From the NCBI GenBank assembly GCA_964247055.1, contig OZ176052.1:3472001-3536000 (forward strand): a DNA stretch of 64,000 nt, written 5' to 3'. Position numbers and translations under genes: made by a program. Source of the DNA: Paragordius varius (lineage: Eukaryota; Animalia; Nematomorpha). Shown piece after piece: positions 23,492-53,824 of this stretch; position 1 is the stretch's first letter, and each line of letters starts with the position of its first letter. Under the pieces are notes generated by a model, which was given only the letters and a program-made list of their open reading frames with translations, was not told the origin of the DNA and searched no databases.

Positions 23492-24849
23492 TTCTAAATC
23501 GATTGATGCGAGAATCACCCGATTTTTTTAAGAAAACAATCGTTTAATCCGCCATAATGATTTAATGTATTAAGAATATGAGAGTCAGTATTATATTATA
23601 TTATATTATAACTAAACATATTACATATCTAAGCACCATTCCCCGAAAAATGGGTTTTTTGATAAAATATTCACTTTGAAGCAGTATTTCAAGAAAGGGT
23701 GTAGGCCCATCGAATTCAAAAGTGTAATTTAATTTTTTATAATTGAGGTTAACTGCATTTTTGATTCGCTCATTGCCACACTTTTTTGGAAAAATAGAAA
23801 TCACACACCCTTAAAATTGAGTTTTAGGAAAGTTTACGATATGTGGGCCCATTAAGTTTAAAAATGGATTTTGTTTGTTTTTAACAAATGCCCTAATCCT
23901 GTTTGAACCATATGACCCTCTGTACCCGATTGTCGTATTAATGGAAGGTTTTTGGCCAATTTTGGACTTTTCTGGAAAACATGTCGGTTTATTCAATAAT
24001 AATTTTAAATTTTCTAAAACCTTTCGACAAATCCGAGGGTAGCCATTTTAAATTAGCCCCTCTCAGACCTACCCCCTCAAATATCAGATTGTGAATAAAT
24101 ATGGGCTTTGAAACAATTTTGCGGAAAATGTGTAGGCTCATTCGAAATCAAGAGAAAAAATTTATTCATTCAACAATTCGCCGAAGGTGATTGAGTTTGA
24201 GATTGGCCTCAGTATAACCCCGACTCAGTGTAAAAATAGGTGTTTTTAACATAAATTGGAATTAAAGCAATGATCCGGATAGATTCCTTTTAATTTTTAG
24301 CTTTTATTATTTAAAGGTGTCAAGGGTGATAGAACCATTTCTATAATAGCCATGTATTAGCATCTCACCAATCAATACTTTTGAAAAAAACGTTTTTAAA
24401 TATCTTGTAATTGTTGGGTAAACGATAGGGGCAGAATACGTAATTTGTTCATAGAAGGTAAAGAACTTTGTTAAGCGCTTTAGTCGCTGCCTGGGGTCCA
24501 CCCATTTTAAAATACATAATAATATCGCGTTAAAAACATTTCTGGGATTCTCTTAATCTCATTCACATAAATTTCTTTTTGGGATTGTAGTCGAGTTTTG
24601 AAAGCCCTGAAATTGGTCCCAACTTATGTGTAAATAAAAACTTTTGAACAGCTTTATGGTCAAGAAAAATTTCAAATAACACAGTGTACACACAAAAATT
24701 CTGATTGAATCACATATCAGAATGTGTTAGGAATTTTTAGTTTTTGGTTTTACGCCTTACAAGATATAAAAAATATTTACAATTTGGAATTGTAAATAAG
24801 TCAAAATTTAAATAATCAAAATATCATTACCTCATCACCTTTTCACTTT

Positions 24850-25410
24850 TTTGTCCTAGATTACCTTTTGGGGATTTTATATACCAGAGCTAAATTTTGT
24901 AAATAAAATACATTTTTGATAGTTATTTTAGTTAAAATTTAATTATCAAACATTCTCACGTTTTAGATAAAAAAGCTTTTATTTTTACATTTTTGTGTAG
25001 TCAAAAATTACGACAGCTCCAAAACCTGATTGAAACGAACAGGTGATATTGGAATCTATATATCAATGTTGGCTAGTAAAATGTAGCTTGAAAGTTTTAA
25101 ATCAATCATATAGATTTTAAACCATAATATACATAGTTTTTTATATTGGTATAATTCAGCTAAAATTAATGAATTAGATTAAATTTGCGATTACTACAAG
25201 TAATCTTTGTCAAACGTATAAAATAAAATAAAATTATAAAGTAAAAATTGCCTGATGCATTAGCGATTTAATAATTTGGAAAAATGGGCGGTAAATAATT
25301 TGAAATGATGATTTTTTTGCAATTTCACATTTTTTAAATAAATTTTTTTTGTATAATGCGCCAAAAATACTAAAGAAAGCATATTTTTAAATTCGGCTTA
25401 ATACCTTAAA
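24850..25410. repeat. Dispersed repeat (possible Kolobok-like MITE, ending ...cggcttaataccttaa), inverted homolog at ~57230-57560
   Basis: 25000-25400 aligns by eye with the reverse complement of 57240-57530. Ends in TTAA. Boundaries uncertain. Confidence 0.5.
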
Positions 25411-25535
25411 TACCTAATATATATCGCTTGGGATATAAAACTACTCCAAAAGGTGGAGTTTAAAAAAAAGAAATTGGTGGAAATGAAGCTTGAGGTGAGG
25501 GTTCCACTTTGAAGTTTTTACCGATTATGGGTTAA

Positions 25536-27830
25536 CACTTCGATTCAAATTGGGGTATCTAAATATCCCAGAATAATATGAGTTAGGATTTTCAAAAAAC
25601 TACTGAAGAACGGTCCCAATTAAAATATATGCTTCTATCCTAACAAAAATTATATAAATATGCCAAAATATTTAAATAAAATTATGCTTTGAAAAAAAGT
25701 TCAATGTCAAACTACTTCGAGGCCATTTTTATTTTGCAAAATTTTTGCAAAATTCGTCTTCATTTAATTTTAAAGTTAAAATTAAAATTAAATTTTTCTT
25801 TAAATTACATTTAACATTGATAGAAATAGAAAAAGCTGTTTTTGTATTATTTTTCAATTATACCATTGCACGCATGCCACGTTGACTAAATTTTTACCTT
25901 TCGGTTTTAGCTTCAAATAAGTAATATCAAATATTTTTGAATAAGATTTTTCATATATTTGGTTTATTAATGTTATATAAACAATCAGCTGTGCTTAAAA
26001 TTAGAAAACGCTGCTAAATATAACAGCAACTACTTTGCTTAAGTAGATCATATTGCTCCACGTAGGTCTAAAAGCAAAAAAGGCCCAATGAGAAAGGAAG
26101 ATGGAGATATCATTACAGACAAAAAAACACTGGTGGAACAATGGGAACAATATGTATTAAAATTATAAGGCTCCAGTCCATCAAACGCCGATAAAAACAG
26201 TAATATCTATCAACATGACCCGCCGATCATCAAAGATGAAGTTGAATGGGCGCTCAACCATTCCCCAAACAACAAATCTGAGGGGTACAACGATATTCCA
26301 ACCAAACTCATTCGTTTTATCCCAATTCATATCCTAACTAACTTATTCCAAAAGATATTTGCTCACGCCTCATTCCCCCAAGATTGGTGCAAATCAATAC
26401 TGATCGCCATCTTGAAAAAAGGCGATCCTAAAACAACTATCTAACTATAGCGCTAATCAACCAAGCATCAAAAATTTTCTCAAAATAATTCACAGGCGTA
26501 TCCATGGCATAATTGAAGCTGAACTTTCTAATACCCAAGCGGGATTTAGAACCAATGGCTGATGCAGGGACATGATCAGCAATATTTGGATATTCGAAAA
26601 ACAAATTGAATATCAGAAAGAAACCCACATCTGCTTCATTGATTTTTCAAAGGCCTTCGACAGCGTGAAGCACGACACGCTGTGGAAGGCACTATCTCAG
26701 ATGGGAGTTTCAGATCACATTTTAAACATCATCAAATCCCTTTACTCCAATTCATCACTAACCATAAAAACCCCACACGGCACAAGTAATTGGATACGAA
26801 TGAACAACGGTTTACGACATGGATGCGTCCTTTCACCGACTTTTTTTAACGTCTGCATAGAAAGCGTATTAAGAAACATAGATAAAGCTAATGGCATAAG
26901 CATTGCCGGCAATATTATATCATCACTTCACTATGCTGATGATACTATACTGCTGTCAAATTCAGTGGACAACCTAAAAAAACTCTTAACTGAATTCTCA
27001 AATGAATGTCAAAAATTTGGATTGACGATCCACTTTAAAATAACTAAAATCATGATTATAAACGCTCATAACCACTATAACAACTTATCTTTTCACAACC
27101 AACAAATAGAAGTAGTGTCCCAATACACTTACCTAGGCAGTCTTATAAATACGACTAACAACAGCACCCCCGACATCAGAAGAAGAATAGGAATTGCTAA
27201 GACAAAAATGATAAAATATAATAAACTATGGTCATCACATGACATCAAACTTAAAACAAAAATCCTTTTAGTTAAATCCCTAATATTTCCTAGCATGCTA
27301 TACGCAGCTGGACAATAAAAAAGGTAGGCGAAAAATACATTAACGCCTTCGAAATCTGGTGCTGGCGGAAGATACTTCGAATTACTTGGAAAGAAATAAA
27401 GAACACTGTAATCCTTGACAAAATAAACCCCGAGATACACCTGATTGGCATGTGCCTCAAAATTAAATTATCATACTTTGGTCACATTACCAGAGCTAAT
27501 GATTTGGAATTCCAACTAATGACAGGCAAGGTCGAAGGATCCAGGAAACGTGGACGCTGCAAGATGCGTTGGATCGAAAACCTAACCAAAGAAACCAATC
27601 TCTATTTACAACAGCTAACATCACTCACTTACAATCGAATAAACTGGAGAAAATACACCTTCGAAAAAGCAATAAATCGACAACGATCTTTGCTATAATG
27701 ATAATAAGTGCAAGATTTTGCCATGGTTTCGATTCCTTCCATACTTTATTAAGAATTTAATTTAAACAGGCATGAGGTATTTAACTACCCCAATTTGAAT
27801 CGAAAGGCTTGAATGTGTTGTATCTAAGTA
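25536..27830 (+). mobile_element. piggyBac-like TTAA MITE interrupted by an RTE LINE
   Basis: ttaa-cacttcgattcaaattgggg at 25532. The family sequence breaks at 25980 (ttatataa) and resumes near 27704 (ataagtgcaagattttgccatgg), ending gtatctaagta-ttaa at 27834. Confidence 0.85.
25981..27703 (+). mobile_element. 5'-truncated RTE-clade (BovB-like) LINE, reverse transcriptase pseudogene
   Basis: ORF 26572-27318: CFIDFSKAFDSV, GLRHGCVLSPTFFN, LHYADDT, YTYLGS, DIRRRIGIAK. ORF 27450-27698: YFGHITR...GKVEGSRKRGR...RW. Upstream fragments PPIIKDEVEWAL and IPQDWCKSI. Several frameshifts and stops. Confidence 0.92.
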
Positions 27831-28402
27831 TTAAATAGTCAAAAGCCAATTATTTTATTACTTTTTTTAATATTAAATTTTTTAATGGTCTGGGACATAT
27901 TATCTTAAAAGGGAATAATGCTTTAAATTGTTATCGTTTTCTTATTTGAATTTAGTGAAATACATTAAACTATTAAGACATAATGGTTTAATTGTGGTTA
28001 AATAAATTAGGCACATCAATACATAGGAAAATTCTTGTTTATTGATAATAAATGTTGTAAGCGTGAACTTTTGTTCGCCTTTTAAAATATATTTGGTCAA
28101 ACCTGGCCCGTTGACTACAATCTTAATGAATAATATGAAATAATTTGAACTCAAGTGTTAATTTTGCGTTGAATTCATATTTTTAATTTTTATATATTTG
28201 TTCTAAAATAACTCTTAAGCTATTAAAATTCATAATATATTTCCCTCACATCCCTATTTTGTTCACCAAAATGTACAAACAATATAATCTCTCAATTTCT
28301 AACAGATATTTTATCATATCTTCATAAAAAGGTGCTTAAACACATGTTCTTTTGACTTTCTATCGAGTTTTCGTTTTAATAGTTCTTGATTAATGCTGAA
28401 AT

Positions 28403-29267
28403 ATGAATGTTAGCAACGAAGATAAGCTTAGACCTCGACATATCCATAATACTAATGTAATTTTTCGTAGTGAAGAGTCTTTTAATCAGGAGCATATAAA
28501 TATGAACATTCCCTCATGCGATCAACAAACAAGCACAACGCATTCCAACGATAATGATTCCAATAATAGTATTTTTTTCCAAAAAATATAATATTTTTTT
28601 ATAATAAATGTATTTAAATGAGGGCATTATAAATCACATACATGTGTCACCTGTCATTGAATAACAAATGCCGGCACAAAAGTGTACTTATATTAATCCA
28701 ACTAGTTCATAAAATTCTTTTTAATTCTTTTAATGCATTATTTTATTTATATAAAGAACATTTTTTCAAGTTTATAATCGTAGGTAGACTACATTAACAG
28801 ATGGATAAGACACAGGTCATTTGAACAAGTAGAGAAAGCAATTTTTAGTATACATAAAAAAATTTTTTTAGCGAAGAAAAATTTGTTTTTATGATATTTT
28901 TAAAATATATGCATATGTATATTGATTTATACAACCGATCGTTTATATGCCGCCTATATATTTTGTTTAAACAATTTTACTACATAAATACGATCAATTT
29001 GTAGTTGTAATGACCCAATATATTTAAATTAATGCATCTTATTAGTAATTTAACGCTTGATATCACCTTTTTTTTACAAACGAACATTCCCTTTTAACTT
29101 TATATGTGCCGACACAAATTATTTAGATAACCATGCGCATGTATGTAGTTTAATGGATGGTGTAAAATATTATGATAACTTTAAGGCAAAAAATAGGTGT
29201 ATAATGAATAATATTAGTTTAATGCGATCTATTTCACGTCGGATTAACCCATTAATACATAAAGTAG
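28403..29267 (+). CDS. fry: Candidate first coding exons of furry (28403-28568 and 29127-29267)
   Basis: ATG at 28403 opens an Asn-rich frame ending at a phase-1 GT (28569). 29127-29267 is an open phase 1-1 exon with ttag acceptor and gtatgt donor. Both phases match the phase-1 start of the exon at 35679. No homology support. Confidence 0.4.
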
Positions 29268-30139
29268 GTATGTTTTTATACCATCTTAATGACTCATTTA
29301 TATATGTTAAACTTGAAAATATATTTTTGACGTTATTTTTTAAAATATTATATTTGTCTACATACTACCCTTAACTAATCGATGGTGACTTTTTAGATAT
29401 AGTTATAATATATAAATAATAAATAAATAGACCAAGTCTTATTTTATACAAGATAATAATATTACTTATTACGGTTATTAGCTAATTATTTATAATAGGC
29501 CTACACTACTTTTTGAACGAATATGTTCGGGTGGAAATGTACCCCTTTAACCTAGGTCTGACTATCAAAATTATTATATATGCCAATTTTTTGCAATGTT
29601 TTATGGATCATGGTTTTTAGGAAATACACCGACACATTTATACTCTCAATTTATAAATAATTATAGATAGTATATCATATAAAAATACGCGTTTTTTAAT
29701 AACATTTTTAAATAACCTTTTTTTTAAAGACATAATTTATAGTTTTAGTAAGATTTTATTTTGAGGAACTTATTTAAGATTCGCCCATTCAATGACATTA
29801 AAAAATGATAAGTTTGGAACATTCACATGTTATTATCCCTAGTCCGATTAAATCGAAAGCTTAGAAAAGCACTAATTATGTTCAACTCCATTTATTCCAG
29901 TATTTCCACCAATATAACCTATAAATTTGACATCAGTTTTTTAGACATAATTAAAGGACAATTTATTTTTTGAGTCAACGTCCCTATCACCTTAGTTTTA
30001 TCAAAAAGCGCGTATTCATAAATTTATGTTAAATTTTTAGAAAATATTTGGTGTCAGAGGGTTTGATTTAGTATACCCAAACTTTGTTTGGTATGTTATT
30101 TTACATTATTTTTAATGCATGGATAATAACGGGTACATA

Positions 30140-30433
30140 TACCATTTACAATTTAAGTTCACTCTTGAACAATTCAAATTTACCCTCAAATAAATTATGT
30201 GTTTTTAAAATTAAAAATTACCTATATTTTAACAATTTTTGAAAAATAAAATTTTGTTTAAAATTAAAATAATAAACTATGCCATAAAGATATATTTCAT
30301 ACTAATAATGAGTTATATTAGTTCGAAAACACATAATTGTTTTTAGGGTGAATTTGAATTGTTCAAGGGTGAATTTGAATCGTTCGAGGGTAAAAATGAA
30401 TTGTTTAAAGATAGTTTTGAACTGTAAATGGTA
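30140..30433. mobile_element. TA-flanked MITE (TACCATTTACA termini)
   Basis: taccatttaca... / ...tgtaaatggta. About 60-70 bp of TIR built from aattcaaattcacccttgaac units. Same family at 51169, 61032 and 61925. Confidence 0.85.
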
Positions 30434-32192
30434 TATATATTATTAGTTTGATTGTGGATTTACGCTAATGGTTTTTTAAGCAAAATATCTATTAATTAAT
30501 ATACATACACTATTAGAAGTATGAAATATTTTTAGTGTTTTGTACCAAGTCAAAAATAATTATGTAATTTGATATAGCATATATTAAATTAAAATATTAT
30601 GTTACATATATATTATGTCTTCTCGGGGTCACATCTCTCTTTTGGTTGCAATGACTTTTTTCTGTTCATATCAATGACAGATTTTTCAATTATTTGATAT
30701 TAATATGTTCTAATATAATTGTAAATTTTAATATAAAATTAAATTAATTCCTAGCTTATTAATTTAAGAATGGTGTAACCGAATTTTGGATGCTTTATAG
30801 AGTGATAATGTTCGCATAATATATTTTATTAGAAAATCCCTAAAAATGACTTTTTTGATATCAGCCGTACTCTATGTAATTTTACTCTTAAAATAAATTT
30901 TAACGAATTAAAAACTTGAAAAGCCTGAACAAATTATTTTACAGTTTTATTGATATGGGATTCGCAGATAATTAGTACGGTTTACTGATCCTTAATATTT
31001 AATTAGATTTATACCCATATATCTTTCTAGTTTGTAATTAACAAATTTAATTATCAAAAAAGTATATATGCTATTAATATTCATCTTTGCAATAAGATGT
31101 AGTATTTAGCATTTATACAAATATCTTTACAAAAAGTTTAAATTAAAATTATAAATTATTTTCATTGCTTTTTAATTTTTTAAGGGATTAAAGTATTCAG
31201 TTTTAAACGTTCACAGCAAATTATTTAATTTAAATGTATTAAAATGCGAAGGATGGGCTCAATAGTTTTTGGCCCTTGCTCATTATAAGGAAATGAGGGC
31301 CCATGTAGGATGGAAGATCCAGTGTTTTATAAAATTGCAGATTTGCCTCTTTTTTATCAATTAATTATCATTGTAAACTCTCCATTTCTGATTATTTTTA
31401 TTAAAAAAAGAACAAGCAAAAATCGATCAAAAACTAGATAGATTAAAAAGTGATTGTCTAAAAAGTGTTTGATTTTAATACGGGGACTTAACACCCTAGA
31501 ATTTAGGCAGAAACCAGTTGTTTCAATGAGTTGTAACCTAATTCTGGTTTGTCTATCCTAAATGCGGTTTATCGACCTATTCCCAAATTCGTTTTTATGA
31601 ACTAGTTTGATGCTCTGAAATGTCCTTTTTTATTAAGATTTGATGTATGGATCCACCAAAAATAATTTTTTATTAATTAATTCAAAACAACCTCGAATTT
31701 TCGATTATAATTTAAAGAAAAGACCCTATATCAAAACTACCAAATTTCAAAAACAGCCTTTTGATAAAATATTTAAGAAATGGGCTACATTTGAATTTTA
31801 TTGATATAAGATAAATGCTTAAATATATTTTATGAATGATATTAAAAAATTTTTAATGTGCATTTGTTATCATTTGATATGGATCATGATATATTTAATC
31901 CACTATTTGACAGGTTTTTTGCCCCGTTTTTAAGATTATAATATCTTGCATCAGCGCGCCGCGGTTCAAAAACTCTGTTTGACCCACTTTTATATTTTAA
32001 CTATTGGCGGTGTTTGAGCCTTAAACCGAACCATATTATAGTTTTTTTAGTATTTTTAGCGATAAGGGTGATTCTTATATGATTTAGGTATCTTACTTTT
32101 TGATCTTAGAACTTGAAATTGATATACTGGAAAATCATTTAAAAGAGGTAGTGGTAAACTGTTGGTTTCTTTAACCATATAATGATTTGATC

Positions 32193-32459
32193 CAGGGGTC
32201 TTTAACACGCGCCCTCCAAAATATATATGCAGCCCGCGAGATTTGGGTACAAAATGTTACCTAAGTACAATTGCTTAAACAAATTTTTTGAATAAGTCTT
32301 TCCAAATTTTGGCAATGAAGTAGCAAAAATTGTTTAAATAAACACTGGTTTTTGTAGCCTTATGCTGTAAATCTAGTAAGTTATTTATATTAATCCCCAT
32401 ATATTTTGCGAATACGGCCCATTGGTTTTTTCGATGCAAGAATGCGGCCTCGACCCCTG
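32193..32459. mobile_element. Buster-type hAT MITE
   Basis: caggggtc... / ...gacccctg. TSD atttgatc / atttaatc (7 of 8 match). Confidence 0.8.
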
Positions 32460-33413
32460 ATTTAATCACAGCTTGCAAATTTTTTAAAAAGCATATTTAA
32501 ACACGCTTTTATTTGATAAAAAATTAGATTAATCTTGTAAATAATATTTTTACTTTTGGTTATATCGATATATGAAGTTTGCATTATTGAATTTGTTTTT
32601 TGAGGACATTAATAAACAGCTCATGTGACATCTTTTTTAACTTATAATTTTCATTATTAATATTATTAATTACAATATAAACATAAAATAAATTAAATAT
32701 TTATAACTGCTACACTCACTACATTATATATATATAATATTTGGAAAACTAATAAAAATAGAGGTGATACACCTTTCCTTATTTTTATTACTATTGATAT
32801 ATTTTATTTTCATTTCGCATACCTATAAAAAATTTTAACATGTATATCGTATGTGTCTATTTTCCATTATATTCCAAATTTTCACAATTTAATAATCATA
32901 AGAAACGTATAAAGCCATTTCAATTCTTAAAATATCCCATAATTCATTTATATTTATCCGTGGATCAATAGTAATTTAATTTCAGTTTTTTTTAATATCA
33001 CATAAATTAATAGATAATATAATGTGAAAAATGGTAAAGGCCAATGGAAAGACGGCACTTAGCATACAGTTATACTTATCCTATTTTTATATATATAAAT
33101 TTCATTAAATGCTTTTCCATTATAAACGCTTTTATCAAATAATATGCTTCACTCTTGTAAATCAACCTTGATTTTTGGACGCGCAGTGCCGTTCATATCA
33201 TTATAATTGAAAACCACACGCCACATGAAACATTTGTAAGATAAATATTTTTGCGTTAATTGATATGCCTGTGTTCTATTTCATAAATAAGATTATTTTT
33301 TGAAAATGCTATACATACTTTTAATAATTATTTTTTAATATTTTTATTGTAATAACGTTTTTCACATAATCGATCTATTCAATGTAAATGCGCGGTATTT
33401 ATTCGATTTAAGT

Positions 33414-33803
33414 TAGGGGTCTCCAACACAAATGGCTTGGCAAGCCGCATGTTTGACTTAAAAAATCTGCCGAGCTGCATTTAAGATATGTATGGGCATT
33501 CTAAAATAATTTATTAGATTTTAAACTTTAGGATGCCAACACAATATAACATTTTTTTTCTAGTTATTGCCAATTAATCTTTTAGCAAAATGTTTAAGAA
33601 TTATATATTTTGTAACCATAATTTTGCAAATTACGGATTTCCAAATTTATCGAGGGCATCATGTTGGACGACAATCCTGGTTTAATTATTCATATTTCTC
33701 GGTCCAAATTTACATTTTAAAATTCTATGTAAAAGAAAAAATAGAAATTTTGTTTATCCAAAATTATACTTATATATATTCGTATTTATTTTGAATACCC
33801 TCA
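33414..33803. mobile_element. Degraded hAT MITE related to the 7538-10608 element
   Basis: taggggtctccaacacaaatggcttggcaagcc matches the end of the large hAT (caggggtgtccaacacaaatggcttgaaaagcc). Right end uncertain. Confidence 0.55.
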
Positions 33804-35678
33804 ACCCCAAATTAACTGATTATATTAAATTAGAATTTTTTTAAAAAAACCTTTAGATAGCATTGTAACATATTTTATAATAATAACTGCTTAATGACGG
33901 GTTTCAACAACCATATTTGAAAATTTAAATTTATGAATATCATATTTTAAAATATGTGTGCAAACCTTATTTATATTATATAAAGTGTTATGTGTAATTA
34001 AATTTAGTTTATACAAAATATATTTGAAAATTGGGAGCATAATTTTTATATAAAATAATAAATAATAATATATTTATATTAAAATTTTACTAAGGTAAAA
34101 ATATATGTTATTCAAATGTTTTGAAATTTACCTGATTTGAATATCAACTTTAGAAAAAGTTTATCGTCTGCTCTTTGCCATTTTTAAACACGTGTTATAT
34201 TAATTAATCGTCTGCCACTTTATTATTTTTTAATAAATTTAATTTACGAGTTTTTTTTATTTATATTATATATTATAATATTTATATCAGTTAATATTCA
34301 ATTTATTTGATCGTTTCTGTCATGCGATGTGATTAACGAATTCATTTAATTGATTTTGTCAGACATATCTGGGATTTTTCTTATATCTTTTATATTTAAT
34401 ATAATATATTATTATAATATATAATAAAAAACAATGTCACAAAAATTGTTCCGCATGGTATGATCTTGTAATCTGTCTCACATGAATATATGTCTTGTTG
34501 ATTATGTATGAAAAATTCTATCTTCAATGATTTAATTCGAAATCAATTCCAAGTTTCTCGATCTTATATATAAAATACCTTTATTATGGATTGAAAAATA
34601 TTTCATTTTATTTTATCTTATTGTATTTAACTTAAAAATTATGTCCATTACCATTCAAACACAAAATTTATGTCAACGGGATACACAATTTTCTATTTTG
34701 ACGAGGTAAAAACTACAATTACCTTTTCCTGCCTGTCATTTATAGGTCGTAATAAACACAATGCTATTGCTTTTTTTTAGTCATAAAATTTTATTATATA
34801 TCTATTTATCATTGTATGATTCATCAAATGTTGATTTGAACTTTGACTAAAATTATTTTATAAGACTCGAAAGTAAATTATAAAAAGCCTTTGTTTAATA
34901 TTATATTTGAATTTTAAAAATAAATTGTTCCTAAGTTACAATGCTTTAATACCAATAAAATAATTAAACCGATCGCATTCCTTTACCGTTAACAATAAAT
35001 TATGAAATTGGGAATTCGGTCATAATTTGCATGTTGTGCATATGTATTGCATTTTTTCCACATAACCGATATTTTAACATTTTTTTCGAAAATTAGTATA
35101 TGTTAAATCTATTTTCCCCGATCAATAGTTGCATATTTATTTAATTTTTGATTAACAAATCTCTCATATCATTATATTAAATTTGTAAAAAAATAATTTA
35201 ATTCTATAACACTATTCCATTAATCATTGCTCTTTTTAATTATTATTTTATTCTTCCATTCTAATTGTTGTAAGGTTTTTCCGTTTTACCAAATCTTGGT
35301 TTTATTTATTAAAAATCAATTATTGTTTACACTTTTTACATTTTGAGACTTCTATCAGTTATAATTATTTGCAAACTATCAAAATGTTAACTTAATTATA
35401 TTGATTGAGGTACATAGTTAATCAGTTTTACAATTTTATTTATATATGGATCGATAAATAATGTCCTTGATTTCTTATTATTATTTCCTTTAACAACTTA
35501 TTATTACTAAAGCATACAATATTTGATTTCCTGCACTGATTTTTGGTAATCTTTTGAGAGACACGTTGCTAAGGATATGCAAAACAAAAAATTTAAGACA
35601 CGAGTTTATGTTAACCATTTTATTTTTGGCCACCATTTATATATTAGCAATTCATAAATTTTATTCGTTTAACATTAG

Positions 35679-51077
<15,399 letters not shown>

Positions 51078-51168
51078 GTATGGTTTCGTTAAATTATTTA
51101 ATTTAAAAATAATAAAAAGGGAGGATACGGGTCTTATTGGTTTATTTAATGGCTCTTATTCATTTATA

Positions 51169-51471
51169 TACCATATACGATTCAAATTCACCCCTGAACA
51201 ATTCAAACTCACCCTAAAAATAAATTATGTGTGAGGGATACAACTCCTCATCTATATGAAATATATTTTTACGACATAGTTTATTATTTTTCAGCATTAT
51301 ATTAATCTTAAACATAATTTTATATTTTAAAAATATTATAAAATAAAGGTAATTTTTAATCTTAAAAAACACCTAATTTATATTAGGGTAAATTTGAATT
51401 TCAACGGTGAATTTGAGTTGTTTAAGGGTAAATTTTAATTGTTCAAGGGTGAGTTCGATATGTAAATGGTA
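51169..51471. mobile_element. TA-flanked MITE (TACCATTTACA family)
   Basis: taccatatacgattcaaattcacccctgaac / gttcaagggtgagttcgatatgtaaatggta. Confidence 0.8.
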
Positions 51472-51976
51472 TAATTACTAATGACTGAATATGAACATTT
51501 TAAATATTGGTATAATAGTCCGCAACATATCAATTTTTTTAATTATAGGATCTCCAGAGATTTCGTTGTGCATCTCTCTCCATGTATTAATGACAAAAAC
51601 CCATAAAAATATTATAATTATTTATATTTGACTATATTTGTGATAAACATAGATATATTATTCGATTGTTTTGCTGTATTTCTACCAACTATTATTTATA
51701 TTATTTATTTAATGTTTCCTGCACATAATGGGGCAATACCTATCATTTAATCCTCAATTATTTCAATCTTTTATTTTAATTTTATGTGTTTCAATGGTTT
51801 TGTGATTTTGGGGAAATTTTATACTATTTATCCTTAAACACAAATAAATCAACAATTATTATAAATTTTATTAATAAATATTTATTATTATTATTATCGC
51901 ATCGAAATACCTGTCAAGTCTTTTGAAGCAAGATTCTGCAAACTAACATATTTCATTATATACATATGTATATATA

Positions 51977-53045
51977 CTAGGTTTAGTCATAAGACTTTAC
52001 CTGAATTTTGGAAAGATATTTAATTATGAAAGAAATCATTTATGTGTTATTTTCTATTAGATAGTCCCTCAGCTTCTACACATTCTCATCTCTCAGGTAA
52101 TAATGAAAGCCACCAAAAACTGATTGGTAATTGCGGTAAACAATTAGTTACGCCATTTTACAACATCTTAAAAATAATTGAAGTGCTACTTTGAGAACGT
52201 GGGCTCCATTGATGCGCAGGAATAATAGTCTGGCGCCAGGTCAGGAAGGTTTAGCAGATGCGAAAAACGAAGGGAAGACTTGGTAAAGTGTTTTGCTACA
52301 TGACACTGCTCTGTCTCAGACAGCGAAACCAGTTAAAATCACGTTCAATTATGCCCGGTCGTTTTTCGAAATGGATAATTTAATTGATCATTTTTGGCGA
52401 TAGCGGGTGTATTAACGGTTTCAGGGTCTTCTAAAAGTTCATAATTAATAATACCGCGCTCTGATCCCATCAGAAACAGGACATGGTCTTTTTACCGGAC
52501 CGATTTGGCATTTCGGCTTGGGAAGTTTCCGCTTAAAATACAATAAAAAGCCTCATCTGTCGCAATTTGTTGCAAAAATGTTTTCCTTTCTGGCGTTGAA
52601 GCAGGATTTCACGACCATTTACCGATTTTATTGGTCTGTCACATTGAGTCATTATAATATATGTACTTCTGTCGATTGCCATGGAGTCTGAAAGGAGTCA
52701 TTCAATAAATCTTTTATTTGATCGTCTTCTCAGTCATGTGGTCCACCACAACGCCCTTTGTTACATTCTAAAACAATTTCAAAATTTTGAAACTATGTTT
52801 CTCTCTAATTAATGGAGTAGCTTCTATCAACAAACGATGACTTTCAACAGCCTTTTTTTCTGATGGATAACAAAAAGTAATGCATTCCGCAAGCGTTCTA
52901 AGGCAGAAAATTCGACATAATTGATAAATAATAAAAAGAAGACGCTAGTTTTGACGGGCTCAACTTAAGTGTTCTTATAGATTGATGTCATATGATAAAA
53001 ATGGTGTCTGTATCAAATTAATTGCCTGCGTAATTTTCGCTGACA
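51977..53045 (-). mobile_element. Decayed mariner (Mos1/SETMAR-like) transposon
   Basis: Minus-strand translation with frameshifts gives PNRSGKKTMSCF-WDQ, EKRPG and PDLAPDY..SM, matching mariner WWD and YSPDLAP motifs. Left end ta-ctaggtttagtcataag resembles a mariner TIR. Right boundary approximate. Confidence 0.75.
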
Positions 53046-53274
53046 TCCTCTATTAGTTAAACCAGTATTATGACTATATCTGGTCTCCACAATCCAAAAA
53101 ATTTTTCTTTGACCTTACTTTTTTGATTAATATAAAAACTTTTTTATCAATCTTTGAGATTTTTCAAAAAAGGTTAAAATAACGTGGGCCATACTATTTA
53201 TCTCAGTTGAATTATTTAACACATAATTGGGATTTTAAGTGTAATGGCACATTCAACTGATTAATAAAATAGAT

Positions 53275-53557
53275 AGGGGTGTCGAACACACGGCCCTTTA
53301 TGTGCGGTCCGCGAAAAACTTGGAACCTAATTCGCAAATGTTCGCAAAATCTCATAATTTATATTCAGCAATACTTCTGAATAAGTAAATCCAATTGGCA
53401 AGAACCAGATAAATAATCTTACATTTCCTTTACATTTTCTAGTCTTATTTTTGAAATTAATAAATTATTTATGAGTGCCCGTATATATTTCAAACGCTGC
53501 TCGCTGTTTTTTGGGTCAAAAATGTAGCCCGAGCAGCCATTTGTGTTGACGCCCCTT
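53275..53557. mobile_element. Buster-type hAT MITE
   Basis: aggggtgtcgaac / gttgacgcccctt. Perfect 8-bp TSD aaatagat. Confidence 0.85.
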
Positions 53558-53824
53558 AAATAGATTTTATATAATTGTAAAATAACTTTAATAGTTATGA
53601 AAACGGTAAATCATAAAAACAATAAATTTTAATTAATTAAAAAGTATAACACAAACGAAATTTAGTATAAAAAGTGGAAATGGAATGAAATTATATATTA
53701 AAAAGTTTGTCAAATCATTCAGTATTTATCATTTGGGGAACATTAATAAATTTTTAAATCAAAAAAATAAGTAAAACGGCATAGATTGTCATTGTTAGAG
53801 ATGTAAGAGCTATTTTTATGATTT

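Noticed and set aside
31485-32175. Possible TTAA-flanked MITE (ttaacaccctag...)
   Set aside because: Could not identify a convincing matching TIR or a second copy in the window.
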